DNA of 62,978 nucleotides, filler included, from Thraustochytrium aureum (Eukaryota), in the NCBI GenBank assembly GCA_012862495.1. It is 7 parts of 3 records of this genome, joined end to end, with 100 filler letters (N's around TTAATTAATTAA, not from the genome) between each part and the next. Parts side by side here need not be neighbours in the genome. Positions count along the whole stretch, not along the records: positions 27,165 to 47,475 come from BLSG01000123.1; 6 more parts are not named here. The stretch is one strand, 5' to 3'. Shown piece after piece: positions 33,141 through 45,238 of this stretch. The position numbers were made by a program, and so were the translations under genes. How positions within the stretch are numbered: position 1 is the stretch's first letter; each line of letters opens with the position of its first letter. The notes under the pieces were generated by a model that saw nothing but the letters and a program-made list of their open reading frames with translations, did no database searches and had not been told where the DNA came from.

Positions 33141-34444
33141 CGCGGGTGGTTTGTCGCACAACTTGAGCAACCTCCAACAGCTTCTTGAAAACGTAGTGCC
33201 CTGCTTGGCGACCCCAGCCGGCAGCAACCAATCAAACCAGCCAACCGAGCAAGCCTTGCAGGCGCTCCTTCCAAGTCGCAGCCGCGCCGCGCGAGTGAGT
33301 TCAATTGGACTCCACAACCGGTACGAGTCCCAAAGTGCCGAAAAGGAAACGATCTTGGCGAGATCCATGTTCCGACAACACTGGCAGAGTGTACGAGTAT
33401 AGGCCTTCTCGAAGAGGAGCACGGGGAAGTCACGAGCTTGTTCTGAAGGCAGCCTGAGACGGGGCATCTCTTCGCGCGGCGGTAGCCGCATGCTGATGAA
33501 TAGAGGTAGACCGGTCACGAAGGAACCACAACGAGACGTCTGGAGTTGGCGAGCAGCCTGACAGGTGGCAGAGGATTTTGATCTTGGCAGAAAGAGTTGC
33601 ACCAAGCAACCTCTAGACGAAACAGCCAAAGATGGCCAGGTGATGGCTGCGAGCCCCGGCCGCCAGTCGATCATGACGTTCGTTGCACGTTTGGTGTTTT
33701 TGGTAGACCAGTTGGAAGAAGCTGAGAAGGAGCAAAGCTATCGCCACTGTGCGCGCGTCCCGCTTCGTTCGCGAGCCGAGCACCACTGTCCGTGCCCAAC
33801 ACGCGCGGCGCTTCCCTATCCACCCGTCGAACGCGTCTTCGCACTTGCAACACAGCTGCGCTAACCCCCACCAAAGCGAGCTCGAACCAGCAGCGCCAAG
33901 TACACGCACGCATCGCCGATACTGCCTTGGCCCTGCACAAAAGCGCGTCCATTCACGCGCTCCTCACATCTCCGCGCGCGGCACCACATGGCCACGACGA
34001 GCTCAGCCTGGCGCCATCGAAACCAAAAAACAGTCTCACGAGCCACCATTGGTGAGGCCTATAGCCTGTTTTCGGGCATGCCGACCTACCCGGTGACGGC
34101 GACCAGCCAGCAGAGCCGCAACGGAGGCAGCAGCGGGGCCGATTGGCGGCGTCGGAGGCGGCGACTGCGAGCAGTTTCGTCGGGAGTAGCACGCGCCGCA
34201 GCGCAGCGCATTCCAGGCAGAGCGCCACGGCGGCGCAGCGGGTCGAGGCGGGCGCAGCAGCGGTGGTAGGCGCATCTCAACTGAACTTCTTGCTCTTCGT
34301 TCGCTGCAGGGCGTTCGGCGAGCCGTGCTGTGCTCTGCGCACGCGTACCGTAGTCCGGAGCCCGCGCAGTGCGCTCGGGCAGAGGTGGGCTTGACGGGGC
34401 TGTAGCGTGCCGGGCTTGGGAGGAAGCGGGTGCGGCGAGCCAGG

Positions 34445-35656
34445 ATGGGCGGGAAGGCAAAGAAGAAGCACGTGGAGTACTATGAAATGCTCGGGTGCGA
34501 GCCAGAGGCCACTGCGGAGGAACTGAAAAAGGCCTACAGGCGCAAGGCGCTGCGGCTCCATCCTGACCGCGGCGGGGACCCCGAGGAGTTTAAGCGCATG
34601 AAGGCCGCGTATGATGTGCTGAGCGACCCCAGCAAGCGCAAGATGTACGACAGGTACGGGGCGGACGCCATTCGCGTCATGGAGGGCGAGATCCCGAGCT
34701 CTGCAGCTTTCATCACGGAGCTGCGCAAGCGCGACCGGGTGATCCTGGTGGTTCTGATCAGCATGCTGTCGCTGCTGATCCTCCTGTTCCCAATCCTCTC
34801 CTCCTTGCTCTGGGACTCGGAGACGACCGGAAAGGTCTCTTACTCGTGGGCAGTGCCGTTCATCTCGCTGTGGGTCCTTCAAGCGGTGGTCTTTGTTGGT
34901 TTCACAATGGAGGTGCGGCAGCCCCCGCTGGACTTTAGCAACCCTGACGTGGATGAGGAGGCCAAGCAGATGTGGAAAACCCAAGAGAAGGGCCTCAACG
35001 TCATTCGCGCGGTGTTCTACACGACCTGGACCCTCGTGCTCTTGTTCGAGGTGCTGCTGGTGCTGCGGCTCGATGGGACCATCAATTGGGCCTGGCCCCT
35101 GGTCATGCTGCCTTGGACTGTTCTGCAGGCCCTCGTCGTTGCGTTGCGGCTCTACAGCGCGCCTGCGGTGTTTGTGGCAAGCGACCCGGACTTCAACCCG
35201 CCCGAGCCGGAGAGCGGCGAGAGCGCGCCGTCGCCTTGCACCTCCAAGGTTCTTGGCGACCCGGCGTTCTGGCTCTTTGCACTGCAGTACGTGAAATGGT
35301 CGCTCATGCTGTTCGTGACTTCGATTGTGCTCGGCATTGTCGCCGATTGGAACGAGTCCGGCCGCTCAGTGTCGTTCTACTTTGCGGCGATCCCGCTCCT
35401 CCTCCTCATCGGGTTTGCCCTTGTTTTGCAGTGCGTGCTGCACGCCAAGAACGGCTCGCCGCCCCCGCCGCCCGGCGTCGACCCCGAGCATGCGCCAAAG
35501 ATGACGTTTGTCGGCGTGTTTGTGCAGTGGCTCTGCTCGTACGGGATGATCCTTATAATGATCACGACCGGGGCGAGCAAGCTGAGCGACCCCTCGGCGT
35601 TCTCGGCTTTCGCTGTGTTCTCGCCCGTGTTTTTCGTGGTGGGTTGCGTCTGCTGC
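34445..35656 (+). CDS. J-domain protein with a multipass transmembrane region; 3' end in an N gap
   Basis: YYEMLG...ELKKAYRRKALRLHPDRGGDPEEFK...AYDVLSDPSKRKMYDRYG, followed by many hydrophobic segments. Confidence 0.9.
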
Positions 35657-36024
35657 NNNNNNNNNNNNNNNNNNNNNNNNNNNNNNNNNNNNNNNNNNNN
35701 NNNNNNNNNNNNNNNNNNNNNNNNNNNNNNNNNNNNNNNNNNNNNNNNNNNNNNNNNNNNNNNNNNNNNNNNNNNNNNNNNNNNNNNNNNNNNNNNNNNN
35801 NNNNNNNNNNNNNNNNNNNNNNNNNNNNNNNNNNNNNNNNNNNNNNNNNNNNNNNNNNNNNNNNNNNNNNNNNNNNNNNNNNNNNNNNNNNNNNNNNNNN
35901 NNNNNNNNNNNNNNNNNNNNNNNNNNNNNNNNNNNNNNNNNNNNNNNNNNNNNNNNNNNNNNNNNNNNNNNNNNNNNNNNNNNNNNNNNNNNNNNNNNNN
36001 NNNNNNNNNNNNNNNNNNNNNNNN

Positions 36025-38446
36025 NTCGAGCATCGCTTCCGTCTTCTCCTGCATCGTGTCCAAACGAAGCATCTCGGCCTCCCTGCGCTTGATGCTCAGT
36101 CGCCTCTGGTGCGCGCTGGTCGCGAGCTCTGCAGGCGCCGATGAATTGGACCTCGTGCTAAGCGGCTCGGGAAGGTGGTCGATCCGACCGTACGAGAACG
36201 CTGAGTGCACGGTCCGAAGCTGGTGCATGCTTGTCGAAGGCTTGCTTTGGTGCCGGGGGGCGCCATGGCGCAGCGCTGTTGGAGCGCTCGGCGACGAGGC
36301 GGCCGAGCCGCCGCTTATGCTCCAGTCCGGCGAAGTCGTCCGCGCGTGGCCCCAAGGGACCGGCGGGGGGGCTGCCACCGCTGTCCCGCTCGAGCAGGAC
36401 GATGCCATGAGGAGGTCGAGCGAGACATCTTCGCTGAGGTTTTCCCAGCGCAGGTCCGGGACCTCGTCCCCTTCGTCCTCCAGGGAGTCCGGTTCTTCGT
36501 CGCTGAGGAGCGCACTCGCTCCAGTTAGGCTGGGAGGCGTTGCTTCAGACAGCGGCCCCTCCGCCGTCCCAGGCTCGTGTTCCTCAGTCGCAGCCGGTGC
36601 AGCGGTCTCGGTAGTGGATTTGCGATCTGGACGTGCAGCTGCGGCTGGACCGCTGCGCATCCGGCGGAGCGCCGAAAAAGCGAGGACGCTAGCCACGCCA
36701 CCAGCTACTAGAAAAGTGGCAACGGATTTCCATACCAGAGACACTGGGACCCGCACGACTCTGTCAAAGACAAGGCGGGCTTCGGCAACAACTGTGCTCC
36801 TGGTGCCGTTCCCAGGTTCAGCGAAAGCACTGGCTGCCGCGACGAGTTTTTCGGCAAACCTCTGCGCGGCTCGCGCCGAAACCGACGCCTGCGCTATCGT
36901 TGAGAAGATCCAGCCCACATGGTCTTCCACTTGTTCCAGCACGGCCCGAGTAGGTACGAGCAAGTCTATCCACCCGGCGAGCAGGTCGGTCGCGTCGCCG
37001 CCAAGAGCCGAGGGTCGTGCCTTGGCGCAGAGCGCACCTCAAAGCAACGATTGTCCGGGCCCCCGTGCGGACCGGCGCTGAGCGGAAAGCGCGGCTGCAC
37101 ACGTCACCGACCTCCGAGACCACGACCCCTTGAGCGGACTCTAGTGCGGGCGGCGCTCCAATGACCTTGGCAAACTGGATACAAGCAGAAGCCGTTTGCG
37201 AAAGCGAGGCCCATGTCGATTCTAAGCGCGCCCCCTCCGGCCTCGCAGATGCGCAGTGCGCGGCGAGCCAAAAGCAGCGCACCAGAAACATCCCTGCTGC
37301 CGCGATCAGCACAACCGTTGCGCTGCGGCGCAGGCCCCGCCACGAGACCCAGCGCCGCGCCGGCTTGGCAAGGGCCGCACTGCTGCGCGCGTTCCATGAC
37401 GCTTCAGCCGACGCCTGGAAGCCCGCTGCTGCTTGGTCGCCAGAAGCGGGCGAGATGGGCGAGACGTCGCCGTGTGGGGCGCCGCCAGCGGGGTTGGGGT
37501 CGCGTCCCTGGTTCGCGACGCGCTGTCATCCGACGAGTGCGAGGCGTCCTCGTCGTCGCTGGAGTACCCGCTCTTGCCATGGTGTTGGACGAAGCGGCTC
37601 CACTGCTCGCCGAGGCGCGCTGCGCGCTTGGCGCGCGGCTTGGGCGGCTGCACTTTGCGAGCCTTGCCGCGCGAGCTAGATACCGATTGCGCGTGCCACT
37701 TGTCCTGCCCGGCAAGGGGCGGCGGGCCGTTTGCTGGTTGCGAGGCCCTGCCTGCCCCGACGCTTTGGGAGACCCCAAGCCCCATGCGGCGGCCCAAACT
37801 TGTCGGTCTGCGCACAGCATGCTGCGAAGCGTCTGCGCGGTGCTCGGAGTCAGGGCTTGGTGCTGTGGCGACCCCTGTCGCAGCACCGAACCTGGAGACT
37901 GGCCCCTGGGGTGCCCCAGGCGCGCGCCGGGCGCCCGACGCATTGTACGGCCTTGGTGGGCCATCCAAGCGGAGCATGTCTGGACGCAAAAGTGGTCTGT
38001 CAGAGAGAGCTGCGTTGAAGGCCAGGGCGCTGCTGTTACTTGTCGAGGTGCTCGATCCAACGCTGCACCGACGGCGTCGAGCGAGGCGCTGGCCCTGGGC
38101 GCGGCGGCCGGCGCCTTGCCGTCCTCTGCGGCGCGTAGCCTCGCCCGCGAGATCACTTTGCGCACCTGATTTCTCAGCTTTGCGCCCGCGGACGAGCTCC
38201 CTGACGCAGTCGGCCCAGCCGCCACAGCGCCGGCGGTCTGGCTCGCGCCTGCGGCCACCTCCCCGGTGGCTGCCGCATCGCCCTGCGCCCCCTTGCCGGA
38301 TCTCGCGCTGGCCCAGCCCTGCCACTGCCTCACCTCTCGCACGAGCCCGAGCACGAGGCACAGCGCCAAGAAGGCGGCCACGCCGCGCACGGCGTTCCAC
38401 AGGCCCCATTTGACAGCCAGCAGCACGTCCAGCGAGCTCGCCATCG
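36025..38446 (-). CDS. Hypothetical membrane protein, probably one gene broken by several frameshifts; 3' end in a gap
   Basis: ATG near 38446 (MASSLDVLLAVKWGLW.. hydrophobic), then chained overlapping ORFs (37306, 36818, 35377 frames) with further hydrophobic segments and acidic/Ser-rich stretches. No recognised domain. Confidence 0.45.
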
Positions 38447-40659
38447 CATAAGCCTCGCTTGCTCGCTTGCCTGCTTGCTTGCGCCCGTCTTCCTCCCTTC
38501 CTCGCGTCCTCGCGCGACGATTACCCCAGCATCCCCTGCCGCGCCCCCGCCTCCCGCGCCCTGCCCGCCTGCCTGCCTCGCGTCCGCTGGCGTTGCGGGT
38601 CTGCACTGTTAGACCCGATCCACCTTACGCAACGCACCTTGCGCCTTAGCACGGCGAGGCTGCGCGGCTTTTCGCCGCAGGACGGGGCGCGGCGTAAGGC
38701 GGTGTGCAGGAAGGTGNNNNNNNNNNNNNNNNNNNNNNNNNNNNNNNNNNNNNNNNNNNNNNNNNNNNNNNNNNNNNNNNNNNNNNNNNNNNNNNNNNNN
38801 NNNNNNNNNNNNNNNNNNNNNNNNNNNNNNNNNNNNNNNNNNNNNNNNNNNNNNNNNNNNNNNNNNNNNNNNNNNNNNNNNNNNNNNNNNNNNNNNNNNN
38901 NNNNNNNNNNNNNNNNNNNNNNNNNNNNNNNNNNNNNNNNNNNNNNNNNNNNNNNNNNNNNNNNNNNNNNNNNNNNNNNNNNNNNNNNNNNNNNNNNNNN
39001 NNNNNNNNNNNNNNNNNNNNNNNNNNNNNNNNNNNNNNNNNNNNNNNNNNNNNNNNNNNNNNNNNNNNNNNNNNNNNNNNNNNNNNNNNNNNNNNNNNNN
39101 NNNNNNNNNNNNNNNNNNNNNNNNNNNNNNNNNNNNNNNNNNNNNNNNNNNNNNNNNNNNNNNNNNNNNNNNNNNNNNNNNNNNNNNNNNNNNNNNNNNN
39201 NNNNNNNNNNNNNNNNNNNNNNNNNNNNNNNNNNNNNNNNNNNNNNNNNNNNNNNNNNNNNNNNNNNNNNNNNNNNNNNNNNNNNNNNNNNNNNNNNNNN
39301 NNNNNNNNNNNNNNNNNNNNNNNNNNNNNNNNNNNNNNNNNNNNNNNNNNNNNNNNNNNNNNNNNNNNNNNNNNNNNNNNNNNNNNNNNNNNNNNNNNNN
39401 NNNNNNNNNNNNNNNNNNNNNNNNNNNNNNNNNNNNNNNNNNNNNNNNNNNNNNNNNNNNNNNNNNNNNNNNNNNNNNNNNNNNNNNNNNNNNNNNNNNN
39501 NNNTGGGGTCTAAAACACAGGATCTCGTTTGCACGCGTTCGTTTAGGTGCGCTGGCTGGCCGGCCCACCAACCAACCCACCAACCCACCCAACAGCCAGT
39601 TGACCAGCCTGATGGGAATGTCGAGGTCCTAGCGCTCCAGGGAGAGAGATGGCTGTGGCTCGTGAGGTAGCAGATTCAGCTGTCTGATTGGTTGATGAGA
39701 CCATGATCCTCCGCGCGATGATGATGAGACGGCGGCTGTCGCTCGGCGCGCGCTGCCAAGCAAGGGATCGGGCTGGGCTGGCAGGCATCACGCAACGAAC
39801 AAAGCCACCGTGACAAACAAAAGAGAAAAGAAAAGACTTTTCGCGCCGGTTGCGTGAAAGAGAAGAGCTGAGTCATCCGTGCTCCTGTTGATGGGGCTGC
39901 AACCGTCTGTGCGGCCGGACGGACGGATACCGACAACAAGTAAGTACGAAGCGGAGTACTCTGCTTGGTCTACGCACGCAAACGACAATGGCAGTCTCCA
40001 TCCAACACCTCCACAGTCTTCAGGTCTTCCAAGCTCAAAAGGTTGGCCGTCAGCTCATCACAAGGCTGCCAACACAGACCAACCACTAGCTAGCTGGCCC
40101 ATTCGCGGGTCAGATGACCTGACGCTGCCGCGAGATTCTCGTCGTGGGACTCGCTCGCTCTTCCCACCATCGCCGAGGCGGTCTCCAGAAAACCATTCCT
40201 CGTGTGCCTTCCCGGGTCGTCGCCACCGCGGAGCTCGTTGACGTTGACACGTTGAGAAGCACTGGCAGAGCAGCCTCGCAGGTCAATCATGAGAATTCCT
40301 CCACTCGTGTCGGCCGAGTCGAGTACTGATTGCCGCAAGTTGGCCGGCGGTGTCGATCGAGAGCTTCGCCGACGCTCTCCCCTCGCGTCCCTCCCTCGCG
40401 AGCGGGCATGTTGCGCCCTCCAGGAGTCCGTACTGGTCGATCCCCTCGCCGCTGGAGCACACATCGCGAGGAGCTCGAACGAGCTCCGCCTGGCCGACAA
40501 ACACGCTCGGCCGTCGACCGCGACAAGCATTTGTACGACTTGAAAGGCCGACAGGTGAAGCCTGGTCAGATTCCTCCCGCGACGCGCTTGCCCTCCCAAA
40601 AAGCGCCCTTCAAGAACAACCTGTTCTGCTTGTACTTTGTAGGGCAGAAACAAAAATAC

Positions 40660-40705
40660 ATCCCGCTGCGAGCAATACTACTTACATGATCCCGCTGCGA
40701 GCAAT
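40660..40705 (+). repeat. 17-bp direct repeat with a 12-bp spacer
   Basis: atcccgctgcgagcaat at 40660-40676 and 40689-40705. Confidence 0.8.
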
Positions 40706-43700
40706 CAATCGCAGGCGCTGCGCGCTGGTGCCGAGGCTGCGAGGGCTTCGGCTCCAGGCCGACACCGTGCGCGCCTGTTCGTTCGTGGATCTCTCGCCAA
40801 CCTTACGCGGGCTTCACGTGCTCTGGTCTGAAGTACTGATTCAATGGGATTGACGGTGCCAACGTCCTTGACGCGTCAACGACTGACTGCTTCACTGCGA
40901 AACGGCGGAGAAAACGGAGAGAAACAGAGAGCGAAGCTGAGCGCGCTGGCAAGAGCCGCTGCAAGTAGAACCCGTTACTCTTGACAGGCCGCTCGAGAGT
41001 ATAGCGTGCTGCAACAGTTCAACGTGGCGACGCCTTTCGTACGAAAATCGAGTGCCACACGCCCTGCGCGGGGCACCCGCGCAGGTGTCGCGAGAGGTGC
41101 GGTGGCTAAGTATTGCTTGAAATACTCGGCGAAGGGGGCCTCTCTTGATCCCCTGCTGGACTATAATCCGATGGGAGGTTGGGGAACTCACAGGCTTTGT
41201 GCGAGTCTGTGCACCTCGAGGCGGCCGTCTGGAATCTCTCCGCTGCAGCCAGGCGGGCCTGTGCGGCCGAGCCAGGGCTCCAAGGCAACGCGCAAACGCG
41301 CAGCGAGCCGCAAACGAGGAGGATCCGGCCTCCAAGATGCGCTTTGGCCGGGTGAAATCGGGACCGATCAGTCCAATTCATCANNNNNNNNNNNNNNNNN
41401 NNNNNNNNNNNNNNNNNNNNNNNNNNNNNNNNNNNNNNNNNNNNNNNNNNNNNNNNNNNNNNNNNNNNNNNNNNNNNNNNNNNNNNNNNNNNNNNNNNNN
41501 NNNNNNNNNNNNNNNNNNNNNNNNNNNNNNNNNNNNNNNNNNNNNNNNNNNNNNNNNNNNNNNNNNNNNNNNNNNNNNNNNNNNNNNNNNNNNNNNNNNN
41601 NNNNNNNNNNNNNNNNNNNNNNNNNNNNNNNNNNNNNNNNNNNNNNNNNNNNNNNNNNNNNNNNNNNNNNNNNNNNNNNNNNNNNNNNNNNNNNNNNNNN
41701 NNNNNNNNNNNNNNNNNNNNNNNNNNNNNNNNNNNNNNNNNNNNNNNNNNNNNNNNNNNNNNNNNNNNNNNNNNNNNNNNNNNNNNNNNNNNNNNNNNNN
41801 NNNNNNNNNNNNNNNNNNNNNNNNNNNNNNNNNNNNNNNNNNNNNNNNNNNNNNNNNNNNNNNNNNNNNNNNNNNNNNNNNNNNNNNNNNNNNNNNNNNN
41901 NNNNNNNNNNNNNNNNNNNNNNNNNNNNNNNNNNNNNNNNNNNNNNNNNNNNNNNNNNNNNNNNNNNNNNNNNNNNNNNNNNNNNNNNNNNNNNNNNNNN
42001 NNNNNNNNNNNNNNNNNNNNNNNNNNNNNNNNNNNNNNNNNNNNNNNNNNNNNNNNNNNNNNNNNNNNNNNNNNNNNNNNNNNNNNNNNNNNNNNNNNNN
42101 NNNNNNNNNNNNNNNNNNNNNNNNNNNNNNNNNNNNNNNNNNNNNNNNNNNNNNNNNNNNNNNNNNNNNNNNNNNNNNNNNTGCAGAGCTGCGGAAGAGC
42201 TCGAGACGGTCGGTTGATTTCCGCGAATTCAACCCTCGGCACCGACTCTTCCTCCCCCGTTTTCAGACGGGAAACGGTTTGGAGTCTTTGGACAGCATGC
42301 CGTGCCAGAGATGTTCTTCGCGAGTCGGCAGCTGTGGAGAGGGTTCTTCTCTACTTGCCTGCGCCCGGGAGGGCCGCCTGAGCTTGTCTCCCCTTTTCCT
42401 GCTCGCGAAGCACCTGCCTGCCACCTCGTAGGTAGTTAGTTAGCAGTACGCGTTTTTTTAGCGTTCTCCTCCTGCTGGGTGGGTTTTCGCGTCGAGTGGA
42501 CTTGGGAGATCTTGCCGACTGCGCTGCGCGAATCAAACAGCAGCCCGTTGGGGTGGTAGTTGTACACCTTGGCAGTCTTTCGCAGGCCGGTGCGGCGGCT
42601 CGGTCTCTCCGCTTTGCCAGCTCTGCCCGGCGAGCTGCTGGAGCGAACGAATGCAGACATTTCTTGGTGAAGGAAGCAAGGAGAGCCCCCTGCTTCTTCC
42701 CGGTCGCCTTCCAGGCTCGCTCGACAACTCTGGTCGCAACGGGAAAAACACGCTCGGTTTAGCCAGGGCGCCCACAGGGCCTGCACAGGGAGGGAGGTAA
42801 AACACCTGCCTTCCAGCGCTGAGAGGCGCGCAACGCAAGAACACGCAGATCCGCCTCTGCTGCAGCCCGCGTGCATCGCAGTCTGGCACAGCCTACAGCG
42901 CTGCCTGCAAAGCCTTGGAGGCTCACAAGGCCTGAGAGCCGCGCCGACTGCAGGTTTCGACATCGCTTCTGCCACTGCGTATAGTACTCGAGTAGCGAAC
43001 GAAAACCACGCAACTTCAAAGCCAAAGACTTGGATGAAAACGCAGCGAAAGACCACGAGTGCGAGCAGAGGCGGGAATCGCAACGCGGAGGCTCTGCCTG
43101 CGCCTGGGACGAGAGAGCGAGCGCTGCGTGCTGTGAGCGAGCGGCGCTGTCGGCGGTCTGTGAGGGCTGCTGCAGCGTGTGGAGTGTGGAGTGTGGATGT
43201 GTTGGTGGTTGTCTTCCTGCCCGCGTGAGGAGGCGATTTCGCTAGTGTGCCGTTTGTGGGGCGCTGGATTGGCCAGATTGTTGTGCTTGCAGCGCGCGCC
43301 TCAGGGCCCCGAGGGCCTCAGCCTGGCCCTCACACAGTATCTACGAGGTGCCAGCCCGAGCTCGTAGCTCTCGGCAATCACCCAACTCTCGCCTTTGAGC
43401 CCGCCGCCACCGTCCGAGTCAACGAGAGCCAAGACGAGGGGCAAGGTCGAGCGTGATCCCGATACGCACGCACGCCCGCGCACGAGAGCGGCTCGCCGCC
43501 TCGCGATAACGTGAGCACGACGAGGTCACTCCCAACGCCTGCCGAGACGCGGCCGCCAAGGGCGCGAAAGGCCTGCTCGCGTCGCTGCGCCGACCTCCTG
43601 TGCGCCGACGTCGAGGGTGGAGGCCTGCGAGCGCGNNNNNNNNNNNNNNNNNNNNNNNNNNNNNNNNNNNNNNNNNNNNNNNNNNNNNNNNNNNNNNNNN

Positions 43701-45238
43701 NNNNNNNNNNNNNNNNNNNNNNNNNNNNNNNNNNNNNNNNNNNNNNNNNNNNNNNNNNNNNNNNNNNNNNNNNNNNNNNNNNNNNNNNNNNNNNNNNNNN
43801 NNNNNNNNNNNNNNNNNNNNNNNNNNNNNNNNNNNNNNNNNNNNNNNNNNNNNNNNNNNNNNNNNNNNNNNNNNNNNNNNNNNNNNNNNNNNNNNNNNGA
43901 ACGAGACACGATGGGCAAGCCATTTGCACGAGCTTGCGTCACCCCCGCGACCGCCAGGTGCGCCATCATCTTAGAGGAGCCGAGCGGCTGCAGCTGCAGC
44001 TGCCATCCTGACGAGAGGCTCCCACCGACCCCGACCAGTCAAGCGGCGCGCTCCACGGTTTCAAGGAGGGTCCCTCACCGCCGCCGCGAGCGAATGCTCA
44101 CTTCTCTCCTCCTTCCGCAGTTCATCCCTGCGCTGCCTGGCAACTGACTCCGAGGCCCGCAACCTGTAATCAAGTAACTGGCTAGGTGTGTAGGCGCGCT
44201 TTGGAAGCCCCGCCACCGTGTGCCGGATGTTCGAGCTCGAGAGTCCTGAACGGGTTCGAGTTGTTTTTCTCGGATCTGGGTTCGGGCTGTTCGACTTGGG
44301 CCGCGCTCGCGCAGCCAGGGTCCGAGTCCATTGGCTCGGGGCCTGCTGCTGCCCTTTCCCTTTTTCTTTTCTTCACAGTTTCCCATGGTACCCTGACGCG
44401 CATAACAAAACCGATCATCTGTTCTTCCTTCTTGATAGATTGATTGATTGACAAGATCTTGCAAACATGCGTTCTGGCGTCTCTTGCATGATATGATGCC
44501 TTGGCGAGCAAGCGCGCCATCGACACTCTCGCGCACTTGCGAAACCGTCGCTCGGCGACCCAGGGCCGGCTAGAGCGCAGAGACCAGCCCCGTGTTACAC
44601 TGGCGCGCGCCGGGACGGGAGCACGCCGCTCGCCAGCCGCCGTCGTCGGGACTTGGCCGAGCTCCCAAAACCCAACTCCGGCAAGAAAAACGCTCGAGAT
44701 TCCTGCATCCACGCGGCCCGAGAGGCCAAGCTCGCAGCAAACCGCGCCGGCCGGCCGTGCTCGCCGGCGCGGGCCGGCGCGGAACGGGCTGCGGCGCCGA
44801 GTATTGCAAGAGACATGTGTTGAGGTCTGGCGCGAGGATTCCTCGGGCGTTCTTCGAGGGCGCCCGCATTGTACTCTTATCTTTTCAGCCCACTGCCAAG
44901 CGAGTAATGCTGGAGGGCAGGCAACCGCCTGGCGTGGCAGAACGCCTTCTCGGGCGGCCAGCGAGAGAGCTGCGGCGGTCGAGCGGGCGCGATTCGGCCG
45001 GAAACGCCCGCCCGGACGCTCCCTCCCTGCCTGCCTGCCTTGCGCCAGAGCCGCGGACGGCTGCGGACGAAGGGGTTTTTGCGCTGGACGCCTGACAACG
45101 TGGAGCCAGCCAGCCAGAGCCAGCCAGCCAGCCAACAAGCACGAGCGAGCAAGCACGCGAGCGGGAAGCAACAAAGACCTCGCTCGCTCGCTCGCTCGCG
45201 CGCGCGGGGGGGTGCGCTGGTACTTGCGCGGGTGAGCG

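Noticed and set aside
33141..33674. N-terminal extension of about 178 aa on the D-serine dehydratase ORF
   Set aside because: Composition is not coding-like and no domain is evident. ATG 33140 sits a plausible distance before the conserved TPALVVD.
34430..37081. 883-aa DnaJ ORF spanning the N gap
   Set aside because: This is read-through of Ns. The sequence after the gap is the antisense of a convergent minus-strand gene.
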